A stretch of DNA of 64,000 nt from the IMG/VR virus record IMGVR_UViG_3300011980_000002, positions 64,001-128,000 of that record. The stretch is one strand, 5' to 3'. Both the position numbers and the translations under genes were made by a program. Origin of the DNA: a virus. The notes beneath the pieces were generated by a model, which was not told where the DNA came from, did no database searches, and saw nothing but the letters and a program-made list of their open reading frames with translations. This document shows, in pieces, positions 53,096 to 62,628 of this stretch (position 1 is its first letter; every line of letters begins with the position of its first letter).

Positions 53096-55966
53096 ATGGC
53101 AGATACAGCTTTTATTTCATCGGAAGATACTAAAGAACTATGGAAATATGAAGTTACAGAATTTACTATACTTTATGCATCTTCCACATATAATGTGCCA
53201 GTAGAAAGAATTACTGCATTAGACATTATTAATGACTATGAAAAGAATATAGTCCCTATTATGAAATTAAATATGACTATAGAACCATCTGTATATAATG
53301 AAATCATTAAGAATAAGCAAAATATCAAATTAAAGATAAGAATGCAAAAGTTTTATACAGAACCTGGAAGTGAAGAAAAGTCATTAAAGAGAGATTATAT
53401 ATTAGATACATTTAATCTTATTATAGATGAACAAGATGTGAATGTAGATAATTTTATTGATAAAGAAACTAAGAAGAATAAAAATACTAATGAGCCTAAG
53501 AATGATACTAATGAATTAAATCATCAGTTAGCAAATAATAATGAATTCTATTTATATAAACAAGATACATTATCAGCAATGAGATGGGCTCTTAATAATG
53601 TACTTGTTAATTGTACTATGGTTGGAGCTATTTCATATGTAGCTGCTATAGTAGGATTAAAGAATATAATAATGAGTCCATTAGAGAATAACCAGGTATA
53701 TCCTGAAGTATTATTACCACCACAGTCTGCATTAAATACATTGCAGTATTTAGATACTAATTTTGGTTTTTATAAAGCTGGGACATTAATGTATTTTGCA
53801 GAAGATTATGGATATATCCTTAATTATAAAGGTGGTTGTACAGCATGGAGAAAAGACGAGATTAAAGATACCACTATATTAATTCCAAATAAAGGTGGTA
53901 CTTTTGGTACATTATCTTGTAGCTTAACTAAAAAAGGACAAGAGAATGAAAGAAAGTTTATTGTAGTAAAAGCAGAGAATGTTAGTATTAGTAATGATAG
54001 TATAAGTAATAATGTTACAGAAGGTAATAATGCTACTATTATTAATAATACTACACAGACTACAAGTAATACTACATCTGGTGCTGAAGGTGCTGGTGTT
54101 AGTAATACTAATGTAATTACTACCAGTAGTAATAACCCATGGTTAGCAGATACTTTTGCTACACAAAAATCGGCTAACTCTATTGTTATTAGTTGTGGGT
54201 GTACTGATTTTGATATTGGAGTAATTGCCCCTAATAAAAGATTTACCTTCATATTTGAAGATACGGCTAATACTGAAAAGTTTAAAGGGGAATATACAAT
54301 TGCCAGCAGTAATATTAACTTTAAAAAAGATGGTAACGATTTCACGATAAATGCATCTATGACATTTAAAAAAGCGGGTATAAATAATAATACTACTACA
54401 GTAGATACATCTGGTAAACAGGAACAAAAGACTGCTTTAGGAGAAGGAGTTTCTCATGAGGTTAATCCTGAGCAACAATCTGAAGATGCTGGTATATCAT
54501 ATGATGAAAACGAATCAGATGAACCAACTCCTGGATATGATGTTAAGTATAAAGATAATTATGAAGATGAAGCTGATGGTACAAAAGACCCGTTAGCTCC
54601 ACCAGAGGAAAAAACTGAAGAGGAACCTAAACCTATTCCGGATGATAGTCCTAAACCTAAGAATCCATTATTTATAACAGAAGATGATGCTTACTTAATG
54701 GATAATCTTTGGTATGATGATAGTTACTTAGATGAATCAAGAGCTATTATAGAAGAAGAGAATAAAAGAAAAAAGAGTATTATGGATGTTGAAAGTGGAC
54801 AAGCTATATGGGATACGGAACATCCGAAAATACCTGAACCTGATATAGATACTAATAGCAGTGAGAATGAGATAAATAATGCTAAGAAAGAATTAGAAGA
54901 TCAATATAAAGCTCAGAAAAAGGTTATTGAAGAAGATAGTGGTATGAATATACATACTAAAGAAGAAGAACTTCGTAAATTAGCTGCTGAATTAGATTAT
55001 AGGAAATATAAGTTAGAAGTAACTGAGAAATTAAAAAATAATCCATTTTATCCACCTAATCCAATTAACTTTGCTGATAGAAATTGGCGTACTAAGGAAA
55101 ATATGAGAATAGATAAAATCTACGATACTGAAGTTAATAGGATTAATAATTATGATATCTCAGAGAGTGAAAAAACTCGTAAGATAAATGAATTAAATAA
55201 AAAGAAAAATGAACATGTTAAACTTATGATGGATGGTATGGAAGCTACTTATAAAAGATTAAATAAAGAGCAAAGAGATAATATGGAAGAACTATATGAA
55301 AGACAAGAGAGTATGAAACGAAGAGGGTTTACTAAAGAAGAAACTTTAGAAGATGATAACTTCGAAGAATATAATCTCAATATAGATTGGTTTGATGTTA
55401 CTGCTCCATGTAAGTATATAGAAGATCTCAAGTCAAAAAATAAATATCCTAAATCAAATATAACACATGGTAAATTAAGTGAAGATTATAGTAACTATCT
55501 TACCAAGATACTCAAAAGATATCAGAAATATCCAAATGTTTTGAAGAATCATAGAGAAAAACTGGAAGCTGATTATTTGTATTATAGTAATTATATTGAT
55601 CTGTATTTAAAAAAATGCATCGGGAATTTAGTAACACCGCCTAGACCAGAATACAATAATGAATATGTTCCAGATCATGCTTTAAATCTTTCAGAACCCA
55701 ACGCTGTTGAAAATGAGAAGAGACGAGTTAATACACTATGGGAATCTATAAAAAATGAGATTAATACAAGTAAACTTGACCCTAGTATTATTAAAAATAA
55801 AATAGACTCAACGAATGCTCATAAAGTAGATTATATAAGAGAGCTCGATGATTTAGTTAGTTCTTATAAAAAAAGAGATAAAACTTATCGTGAAAAAATG
55901 AAAGAAGAAGAGAATAAGCGTAAAGTGGAAGATAGAAAAAAGAACGGTTATCGTAGGTGGAGATAG
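53096..55966 (+). CDS. Large hypothetical protein (956 aa), probably virion/baseplate-associated
   Basis: Long ORF. N/T-rich tract, acidic/Pro linker and K/E-rich helical C-terminal half. No diagnostic motif. Confidence 0.5.
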   Translation: MADTAFISSEDTKELWKYEVTEFTILYASSTYNVPVERITALDIINDYEKNIVPIMKLNMTIEPSVYNEIIKNKQNIKLKIRMQKFYTEPGSEEKSLKRDYILDTFNLIIDEQDVNVDNFIDKETKKNKNTNEPKNDTNELNHQLANNNEFYLYKQDTLSAMRWALNNVLVNCTMVGAISYVAAIVGLKNIIMSPLENNQVYPEVLLPPQSALNTLQYLDTNFGFYKAGTLMYFAEDYGYILNYKGGCTAWRKDEIKDTTILIPNKGGTFGTLSCSLTKKGQENERKFIVVKAENVSISNDSISNNVTEGNNATIINNTTQTTSNTTSGAEGAGVSNTNVITTSSNNPWLADTFATQKSANSIVISCGCTDFDIGVIAPNKRFTFIFEDTANTEKFKGEYTIASSNINFKKDGNDFTINASMTFKKAGINNNTTTVDTSGKQEQKTALGEGVSHEVNPEQQSEDAGISYDENESDEPTPGYDVKYKDNYEDEADGTKDPLAPPEEKTEEEPKPIPDDSPKPKNPLFITEDDAYLMDNLWYDDSYLDESRAIIEEENKRKKSIMDVESGQAIWDTEHPKIPEPDIDTNSSENEINNAKKELEDQYKAQKKVIEEDSGMNIHTKEEELRKLAAELDYRKYKLEVTEKLKNNPFYPPNPINFADRNWRTKENMRIDKIYDTEVNRINNYDISESEKTRKINELNKKKNEHVKLMMDGMEATYKRLNKEQRDNMEELYERQESMKRRGFTKEETLEDDNFEEYNLNIDWFDVTAPCKYIEDLKSKNKYPKSNITHGKLSEDYSNYLTKILKRYQKYPNVLKNHREKLEADYLYYSNYIDLYLKKCIGNLVTPPRPEYNNEYVPDHALNLSEPNAVENEKRRVNTLWESIKNEINTSKLDPSIIKNKIDSTNAHKVDYIRELDDLVSSYKKRDKTYREKMKEEENKRKVEDRKKNGYRRWR

Positions 55967-55969
55967 AAA

Positions 55970-56016
55970 AATAATAAGATATACTAGGAATATTAAACCT
56001 AGTATATCTTATTATT
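55970..56016. terminator. Bidirectional terminator
   Basis: Perfect 19-bp stem aataataagatatactagg/cctagtatatcttattatt. Confidence 0.75.
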
Positions 56017-56027
56017 TATATTACAAC

Positions 56028-57293
56028 CTATACCAATTTTGGATCTGTTAATCTGTCATTTGTTATGGTAAATTTATATACTTTACCATTTGTTAATCCG
56101 AGCATATATATATTACATACATCAGATTTGACCTTGATAAATCTATATAAATCTGGTTCTACTTTACCAAATGAATATTCAATATCGTCAGGTACATCGA
56201 TAAATAATGATACTATATTAGACTTATTCTTAATGCAAATAACATCTATACCAAGGGTTTCTTTGATTATATATTTATTATAATTATTTGGATTTGTGAA
56301 ATCTTCTACACTATCACCTATCGCAACAGTTTTTATTTCCATTTTATCAATCATGATTGGAAGAATTTCTACTATATCACTAATATCAGCCGTGGTAGTT
56401 ATTTCATTATCTTCATATTTATAGATATAGATTATATTAGTTAAATCTACATTATAAGTATTATCAGATTTAATAGGTCTACTATAAACTACAGCATCAT
56501 CTACTGATTTTATATCATATGATTTCTTTAATTCACTTGGATTTACAAATAGTATATCCTTAAGGTTATCAGCCCAAGCTTCTATATAAGTTATCGGAGA
56601 AGCTACTTTATTGGTTATATAGTTAAATAACTTATCTTTATAATCGTTATCATCATTATCCCATATATCGTCTGTTATAGGATCGTAGTTATCTGATATC
56701 TTATCGTTGGACATATTTGATAAAATATCTATATGACTCTTTATTCTAAACTTATACGGAAGTATTAAGTATATAAGAAGATTTCTTAAATACTCAGATA
56801 CTTTATCCTGATACCCTGTATCATTTATATACCCCAGTATTACTGGTAATGACTTACTTAGTACATTAGATATACTTACTACAGAAGACATATTCATATT
56901 CTCTATAGCTTTAACCGCTTCAACTAAATCATCATAGTCAATTACATCATAATTAATATAATCTGTAATTAACATATTGACACCATGTTTACATAATGAC
57001 TTAGGTAAATTCTCATACCTAATTATATTATTCCATATCTCTCTTCTGTGAGAATTATCATTATACTTAGCAACTATTTCCAATATAGTAGTTTTGAGAT
57101 TACTGAGTCTCTTAGTGCTACTATTTTGAATATAGGAAGTTTTAGCAGTTTCAATAATCTTATTAGCCAGACTTTTATTTTCTCCTTGGAATGATAATAA
57201 TCCAGACCCATCTAATACTACCTCATATGCTAAAGCAGCCATCTCCGGTCTCTTTAATAAGATGTCATAAGAGTTATTTTTTGTTGTTTCCAT
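56028..57293 (-). CDS. Hypothetical protein (421 aa)
   Basis: ATG 57293 is preferred over GTG 57302, which lies inside the TnpB 3' module. Confidence 0.6.
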   Translation of the reverse strand: METTKNNSYDILLKRPEMAALAYEVVLDGSGLLSFQGENKSLANKIIETAKTSYIQNSSTKRLSNLKTTILEIVAKYNDNSHRREIWNNIIRYENLPKSLCKHGVNMLITDYINYDVIDYDDLVEAVKAIENMNMSSVVSISNVLSKSLPVILGYINDTGYQDKVSEYLRNLLIYLILPYKFRIKSHIDILSNMSNDKISDNYDPITDDIWDNDDNDYKDKLFNYITNKVASPITYIEAWADNLKDILFVNPSELKKSYDIKSVDDAVVYSRPIKSDNTYNVDLTNIIYIYKYEDNEITTTADISDIVEILPIMIDKMEIKTVAIGDSVEDFTNPNNYNKYIIKETLGIDVICIKNKSNIVSLFIDVPDDIEYSFGKVEPDLYRFIKVKSDVCNIYMLGLTNGKVYKFTITNDRLTDPKLV

Positions 57294-57296
57294 ATT

Positions 57297-57372
57297 TGCC
57301 ACTGATTATTTGCACATAATCTCATCTCTTCGTAAGAGTCTTTAAACTTGCGTAGCCTCAAGCGTTTAATAT
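57297..57372 (-). ncRNA. Omega-RNA-like 3' scaffold module of tnpB copy 1 (conserved part only)
   Basis: The minus strand reads atattaaacgcttgaggctacgcaagtttaaagactcttacgaagagatgagattatgtgcaaataatcagtggca: three hairpins, then divergence from the other copies. Confidence 0.55.
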
Positions 57373-58599
57373 TACACATCTTCTATCTTTAGCACTATAT
57401 ATGTTAATAGCAGCATTAATATCCCTATCTATTTCATATCCACATGATTTACAAATGAATACTCTATCAGGTAAAGATATATGTTGTTTATTACCACAAC
57501 ATGAACATTTTTTAGTACTTGGATATAGCTTATCTAACAATCTAAGTTTAATATCATATTCTTTACATTTATTAATCATACGAGATTTAAAGTAATAAAA
57601 ATTACTATACATGATTAATTTATGTAAACTATGAGTAGTATTATTACTTATCATATCAGATATATCTAAATCTTCTATTGTAATACAATTAGGCTTGGTT
57701 TTCGCCGTTAATTTATTTATTAATTTCTTAATAAAATCTTCTCTTATATTAATTAACTTATTATTATATCTTTTAATTTTACTAAATAATATTCTTATAC
57801 GAGATGAATCATATGCTTTTCCTTTCATTTTATTTTTATAATTTTCATTTGGAGTACTATGATGTTTATCATAGTACTTATTTAGCAACTTACCATAATT
57901 AGTCTCTACTTTATTACTAATTATAACACTTAACTTATTAATCTTATCTTCGTAATACTTATATTTCTTATAATCTTTATAATGATTAGTTTTATAAACA
58001 GTATTACCATCATAAATAATAGCATAATTCTTTATGCCTAAATCTATACCCAGTTTTGTATCACTTAAATATAATGGTTTATTATCATAATTATAAAATA
58101 ATAATACATAATATTTATTATATTCTTTAATAATTCTACCAGATATAATATCTTCTTCTTTAGGTAACGATTTATGATTAGTAATTCTTACTTTCTTTAA
58201 TAATGGTAATTTAATAATATTCTTATTATTAGTATAATGGAACCCGTCAAGACAAAAGTAATATGACTCTTTATTTAATCTTTTACGAGATTTAAATTTC
58301 GGAAATCCTTTCTTTTTCTTAAAGAATGATTTAAATGATCTTTCTATATTCATTATACTTTCTTTAATAGCTTTACTACTATAATTCTTTATCCATTTAT
58401 AATAATCAATATTATTCTTTAAGTAAGTTATTATCTTATCAAAATCATAAAATGATAAGAATTTACCTTCGTTCTTATAATAGTCTATATTAAGTCTTAT
58501 ATAAGAATTCATAATAAACCTACAACAAGATAAAGTATTATTAATAAGATTTAATTGATACTTATTTGGATATATTCTTAATTTAATAGATTTAATCAT
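57358..58599 (-). CDS. tnpB: TnpB (IS200/IS605-family OrfB, RuvC-type RNA-guided nuclease)
   Basis: N-terminus IKLRIYPNKYQ. RuvC motifs LGIDLGIKN, CITIEDLDIS, EIDRDINAAINI. Zinc ribbon CSCCGN..CKSCGY. Confidence 0.85.
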   Translation of the reverse strand: MIKSIKLRIYPNKYQLNLINNTLSCCRFIMNSYIRLNIDYYKNEGKFLSFYDFDKIITYLKNNIDYYKWIKNYSSKAIKESIMNIERSFKSFFKKKKGFPKFKSRKRLNKESYYFCLDGFHYTNNKNIIKLPLLKKVRITNHKSLPKEEDIISGRIIKEYNKYYVLLFYNYDNKPLYLSDTKLGIDLGIKNYAIIYDGNTVYKTNHYKDYKKYKYYEDKINKLSVIISNKVETNYGKLLNKYYDKHHSTPNENYKNKMKGKAYDSSRIRILFSKIKRYNNKLINIREDFIKKLINKLTAKTKPNCITIEDLDISDMISNNTTHSLHKLIMYSNFYYFKSRMINKCKEYDIKLRLLDKLYPSTKKCSCCGNKQHISLPDRVFICKSCGYEIDRDINAAINIYSAKDRRCVILNA

Positions 58600-58614
58600 T
58601 GTACTTTCACATAT

Positions 58615-58668
58615 TTAACCCCCAATATACTTTTCTTCAGATAATTCATAAGTATGTTTAATTTCCAT
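58615..58668 (-). CDS. 17-codon leader mini-ORF upstream of tnpB copy 1
   Basis: aaaggagaaaaagaaatATG, encoding MEIKHTYELSEEKYIGG. Its stop is 12 nt before the tnpB ATG. Preceded by the promoter-like motif. Confidence 0.3.
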   Translation of the reverse strand: MEIKHTYELSEEKYIGG

Positions 58669-58690
58669 ATTTCTTTTTCTCCTTTAAAAA

Positions 58691-58726
58691 TAAAATTTAT
58701 TATTACATGATAATATTATATAGATA
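58691..58726 (-). promoter_or_regulatory. Conserved promoter-like motif (variant)
   Basis: The minus strand reads tatctatataatattatcatgtaataataaatttta. Confidence 0.35.
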
Positions 58727-58770
58727 AATTATAAATTTTATTTAATATAGGAGAATATCATCTATATCAT

Positions 58771-59151
58771 TTACTTCTGTAGATAATATAATATTTTAAG
58801 ATAAAAAGTATCATCCATATCATTTACTACCATAGATGATATATTGTCATTATAAATATCATATAAATAAAATGTACATGTTAAATATGATGGTATTTTA
58901 TCACTTAATTCAGATTTCTTTAATAAAATATAATCATTCTTACTACCATCATCTTCTATAGTGGTAACTAAAGTAATATGGGTATTATCTATATCAAAAT
59001 CTTCTATATTATCTACATTAGTTCTTTCTTCAATAACAGAAATATCAAGATTATTTATCATATATGAATTTACACCATCGTTACCAAGTCTATTAAGTAT
59101 TTCGTTGTAATCTAAACTATGTAGTTTATTCATCAATTCATTATAGCACAT
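58771..59151 (-). CDS. Hypothetical protein (126 aa)
   Basis: ORF in the minus-strand accessory block. No motif. Confidence 0.55.
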   Translation of the reverse strand: MCYNELMNKLHSLDYNEILNRLGNDGVNSYMINNLDISVIEERTNVDNIEDFDIDNTHITLVTTIEDDGSKNDYILLKKSELSDKIPSYLTCTFYLYDIYNDNISSMVVNDMDDTFYLKILYYLQK

Positions 59152-59155
59152 ACTG

Positions 59156-59590
59156 TTAACATTCCTCGCATATTAATTTATTTTCATTATTTAGTTTTGT
59201 TAAATATAAATTCATCGTATCTATATTAATTAAATAAATACTTCTATAATTCTCTAATTGATCTTCATAATTAATTATCATATAATCACCTTTGGGAACT
59301 CCGGCATTATTATTCTTATCTAATGATAATACTACAGTTTCTCCATTATTATCGTTGAGAATAGTAATAGCTTTTATATTCCAAGATTTAATCATTATAA
59401 ATCTGAAATTTGGATCTAAATCAAAGTAATATCTAAACATACTACCTGACCTAGATAATATTTCTAAGACATTATACAATTTCTTTTCTACTAATACTCT
59501 TATCTTATTAACAATTTTTAATACATTACCTTTATTAAGAGAACCAGATATTGCTATCCAATCTCCAAAATCATAAATATTATTCTTCAT
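59156..59590 (-). CDS. Hypothetical protein (144 aa)
   Basis: ORF 4 nt upstream of the next gene. No motif. Confidence 0.55.
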   Translation of the reverse strand: MKNNIYDFGDWIAISGSLNKGNVLKIVNKIRVLVEKKLYNVLEILSRSGSMFRYYFDLDPNFRFIMIKSWNIKAITILNDNNGETVVLSLDKNNNAGVPKGDYMIINYEDQLENYRSIYLINIDTMNLYLTKLNNENKLICEEC

Positions 59591-59649
59591 TATTGATAAT
59601 TTTTTCTATGTTCCTTTCATTATATTAAGTATAAGTAAGGTATGATAAT

Positions 59650-59698
59650 AAAAAAAAAATAAAGCCAATTGAAATTAATCCATCGGCTTTATTTTTTT
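59650..59698. terminator. Bidirectional terminator
   Basis: A10, then stem ataaagcc/ggctttat, then T7. Confidence 0.55.
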
Positions 59699-59704
59699 AT
59701 TTGA

Positions 59705-60106
59705 TTATAAGCATACCTCTACGATATCATCGTAATCCTCAAGGTTAACAGCTACCAGTTGTCCATTTCCATATAACGGACAACTGAAAGGTGTAACCCA
59801 CAGTACTATTCTTATACAGTCTGGATACATAACAAAACTATTGTTTCCAAGAGAACTGGTCATAAAAATATAGTTTGTAAACTCCATCATTTTATTATTA
59901 ATGGTTTCCGGAATATCTTCATGAGCAATTATCTCTTCGTCAAATTTGCTAAATGATTGTACACTACGGATAAGTTTTTCAACATTATCCGCAAGATTTA
60001 CAGTCATCTCGCAAATTTCATTAGTAGTTACCTCATCTGTTGTTGATACAACTTCTAAATCATGTCCTTTTATATCTACATTATACTTATTCATTTCTTT
60101 TGTCAT
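59705..60106 (-). CDS. Small acidic protein (133 aa), moderately elevated G+C
   Basis: Own promoter-like motif. Its 5' leader is shared with gene 45821. Confidence 0.65.
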   Translation of the reverse strand: MTKEMNKYNVDIKGHDLEVVSTTDEVTTNEICEMTVNLADNVEKLIRSVQSFSKFDEEIIAHEDIPETINNKMMEFTNYIFMTSSLGNNSFVMYPDCIRIVLWVTPFSCPLYGNGQLVAVNLEDYDDIVEVCL

Positions 60107-60166
60107 TATATCTACTCCTTTGGGCTCTTGATACTATCTCCACCCCGCTCATCTGTGAGCATAATA

Positions 60167-60220
60167 TATTTTATTTACAAGTAAATAGTATATATATATG
60201 AATAGAGAAAATACGGATAA
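60167..60220 (-). promoter_or_regulatory. Conserved promoter-like motif
   Basis: The minus strand reads ttatccgtattttctctattcatatatatatactatttacttgtaaataaaat. Confidence 0.45.
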
Positions 60221-60223
60221 TTA

Positions 60224-60256
60224 ATAAGGTATATTGGATAATCCAATATACCTTAT
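60224..60256 (-). terminator. Terminator of the nuclease gene
   Basis: Perfect 15-bp stem ataaggtatattgga/tccaatataccttat. Confidence 0.65.
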
Positions 60257-60259
60257 ATT

Positions 60260-61054
60260 TTAATATATACTTATTAATTCATTTTCTTTTCCAACTTCAG
60301 TATTATATTTAAGCCTTTCTAAAAATTGGAAAAATCTCTTATACTCTTTATTTACAATTTTTATATAATGAAACGATTTACTACTAACGACTACTTCATC
60401 TTTAAGCTTTTCTTTTACCTTATCTACATCTACTATCTTATGATGAGTATTTGGATTATCCCCACCATCTTTAATTTCAATCTCTAAATTTAATGATGGT
60501 ATATATACATCCGGAAAATAGAAATGTCTCTTATTATCATATACATAATAATATACATGTGGACTTGGAGCCATTATATCGTTATAGTTATAATTCATAA
60601 CATTGTCTAAGAATTTAAGAAAGTCTAATTCATAACTTCCCGTATAACCAACTTCACCTTCTCTATTACTCCAAGTATATTTACCACTTATCTTCCTATT
60701 TGCTAACATTATTTTTTGTTGCTCTGGGTCATTTAATAATGTTATTTTCCCATACTTACCAATCATTCTTTTTTTAAACATTTCTCTATATTGCTCTTTA
60801 CATTTTGGATTATTACAAAATCTATTATACTTACAAGTTTTTTCATTAAATGATGTAGGTTTTTTATCTACGATACATTTACCTTCTTTTTTACCGGTCT
60901 TTAAATAATAATAAAATTGTTTTGGGCTCATATCATTTGGAATCATATCTTCATGCTCAGATTCTAAATGCGCAATATAAGCATCTACATCTCTATGGTA
61001 AGAATCACAGAATTTACATTTTAATCTGGATTGTATTTTGATCTTGTTTGCCAT
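60260..61054 (-). CDS. TnsA-like PD-(D/E)xK endonuclease with N-terminal C2H2-type zinc finger (homing-endonuclease-like)
   Basis: CKFCDSYHRDVDAYIAHLESEH (CxxC..HxxxxxH). YTGSYELDFLKFLDN..HFYFPDVYIPSLNLEIEIKD matches the S-x-x-E ... (Y/F)-x-P-D-(F/V) ... E-x-K restriction-endonuclease-fold layout. ATG 61054 after gaaagga. Confidence 0.55.
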   Translation of the reverse strand: MANKIKIQSRLKCKFCDSYHRDVDAYIAHLESEHEDMIPNDMSPKQFYYYLKTGKKEGKCIVDKKPTSFNEKTCKYNRFCNNPKCKEQYREMFKKRMIGKYGKITLLNDPEQQKIMLANRKISGKYTWSNREGEVGYTGSYELDFLKFLDNVMNYNYNDIMAPSPHVYYYVYDNKRHFYFPDVYIPSLNLEIEIKDGGDNPNTHHKIVDVDKVKEKLKDEVVVSSKSFHYIKIVNKEYKRFFQFLERLKYNTEVGKENELISIY

Positions 61055-61194
61055 TGTAAAAATTATTTTCCTTTCAAAGATTTTTCTTAATATATTCAAG
61101 TATCTGTCAATTAAACCAATGTTTTTTAAAGGTTTATTAAGAAAATTACAATAAATTAAGTATATAGAAATAACTATGGAAAGGAAATTTATTT

Positions 61195-61329
61195 ATGATA
61201 AGAGTATTAATTAAAGCTTTATTAGCAATTATTCATACAGCTCTAATATGTATGGTATTAGGAATATTTTCACTATCAGGAATCCATTACCTGTATGAAT
61301 TTATTAATAAGCACGGTGATAATAAATTA
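61195..61329 (+). CDS. Small membrane protein (44 aa), not in ORF track
   Basis: ggaaaggaaat box 6 nt upstream. MIRVLIKALLAIIHTALICMVLGIFSLSGIHYL is hydrophobic. Confidence 0.3.
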
Positions 61330-61386
61330 AAAGATTTTTTAGATAATGAAAGTACAAATCTAAAATAAAGAAAGTATTAGATAGTG

Positions 61387-62628
61387 ATGATTAAATCTGT
61401 TAAATTAAGAATATATCCAAATAAATACCAATTAAATTTTATTAATAATACCCTATCTTGTTGTAGGTATATTAAGAATAATTATATTGCTTATAATATT
61501 AAAGAATATAAAGAAAATGGTAAATTTATTACTGGATATGATTATAGTAAAATAGTAAATAAACTAAAGAAAACTGATGATGAGTTCTCATGGATTTGTA
61601 ATTATAGTAGTAAAGCTATACAGCGTGCTATGGTGGATGTAGAGAAATCATTTAAAGAATTCTTTAAAAAGAATAGAGGATTTCCGAAATTTAAATCTCG
61701 TAAAAGATTAAATAAAGAGTCATATTATTTTACAAAGAATAGTATCCATTATACAGATAATAAGAATATTATTAAATTACCTATATTAAAGAAAATAAGA
61801 ATTACAGATAGTAAATCTTTACCTAATATAAATACTATTATTAGTGGTAGAATTATTAGAGAATATGATAAATACTATGTGTTATTTATTTATAATTTAG
61901 ATAATAAACGCCTATCTCTAAATAATACTAAATTAGGTATAGATTTAGGTGTAAAGAATTATGCTATTATTTATAATGGTAATATTAGTTATAAGATTAC
62001 TCATTATAAAGATTATAAAAGATATAAGTATTACGAAAATAAGATTAATAAGTTAATGAATATAATTAGTAATAAAGTAGAGACTAATTATGGTAAGTTG
62101 TTAAATGAATACTATGATAAGCATCATAGTACTCCTAATGAAGTTTATAAAAATAAAATGAAAGGAGAAAGCTACAATACATCTCGTATAAGAAAATTAT
62201 TTAATAAAATTAAAAGATATAATAATAAATTGAATAATATAAGAGAAGATTTTATTAAGAAATTAATAAATTATTTAACGGCGAAAACCAAGCCTAATTG
62301 TATTACAATAGAAGATTTAGATATATCTGATATGATAAGTATTGATAATAATCATAGTTTACATAAATTAATTATGTATAGTAATTTTTATTACTTTAAA
62401 TCTCATTTAGTTGATAAATGTAAAGAATATGGTATTAAACTTAGATTATTAGATAAATATTATCCAAGTACTAAAAAATGTAGTATATGTGGTAATAAAC
62501 AACATATATCTTTATCTGATAGAATATTCATATGTAAATCATGTGGATATGAAATAGATAGAGATATTAACTCAGCAATTAACATATATAGTGCTAAAGA
62601 TAAGAAATGTGTAATACTAAACGCTTGA
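61387..62628 (+). CDS. tnpB: TnpB (IS200/IS605-family OrfB, RuvC-type RNA-guided nuclease), copy 2
   Basis: Paralogue of 57358..58599. LGIDLGVKN, CITIEDLDIS, EIDRDINSAINI. CSICGN..CKSCGY. ATG 61387 (the ORF track starts at GTG 61384). Confidence 0.85.
   Translation: MIKSVKLRIYPNKYQLNFINNTLSCCRYIKNNYIAYNIKEYKENGKFITGYDYSKIVNKLKKTDDEFSWICNYSSKAIQRAMVDVEKSFKEFFKKNRGFPKFKSRKRLNKESYYFTKNSIHYTDNKNIIKLPILKKIRITDSKSLPNINTIISGRIIREYDKYYVLFIYNLDNKRLSLNNTKLGIDLGVKNYAIIYNGNISYKITHYKDYKRYKYYENKINKLMNIISNKVETNYGKLLNEYYDKHHSTPNEVYKNKMKGESYNTSRIRKLFNKIKRYNNKLNNIREDFIKKLINYLTAKTKPNCITIEDLDISDMISIDNNHSLHKLIMYSNFYYFKSHLVDKCKEYGIKLRLLDKYYPSTKKCSICGNKQHISLSDRIFICKSCGYEIDRDINSAINIYSAKDKKCVILNA

Noticed and set aside
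57297-58700. IStron (group I intron plus tnpB chimera) interpretation of the tnpB elements.
   Set aside because: Only 12-15 nt separate the upstream mini-ORF from tnpB copy 1. There is no shared structured region of several hundred nt upstream of either copy to host a group I ribozyme core.
12057-60220. Dispersed conserved 50-nt motifs considered as a CRISPR-like or other repeat array.
   Set aside because: The copies are kilobases apart, on both strands, and always directly upstream of an SD and start codon. There is no regular repeat-spacer periodicity and no cas genes.
9730-61099. N-terminal extensions in ORF-track starts (863, 9730, 17411, 21417, 28831, 45764, 47042, 49469, 50655, 57302, 61099, 61384).
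   Set aside because: Each extension begins at a non-ATG codon or lies inside a terminator or promoter element. A downstream ATG with a proper GAAAGG/AAGGAG box and family-consistent N-terminus exists, so the shorter starts are used in the feature list.
61340-61400. Possible left-end remnant shared by the tnpB copies (gaaagtaca..aatct upstream of both).
   Set aside because: It is only a 14-nt gapped match in AT-rich sequence, with no hairpin or extended similarity. That is insufficient to define a transposon left end or TAM.
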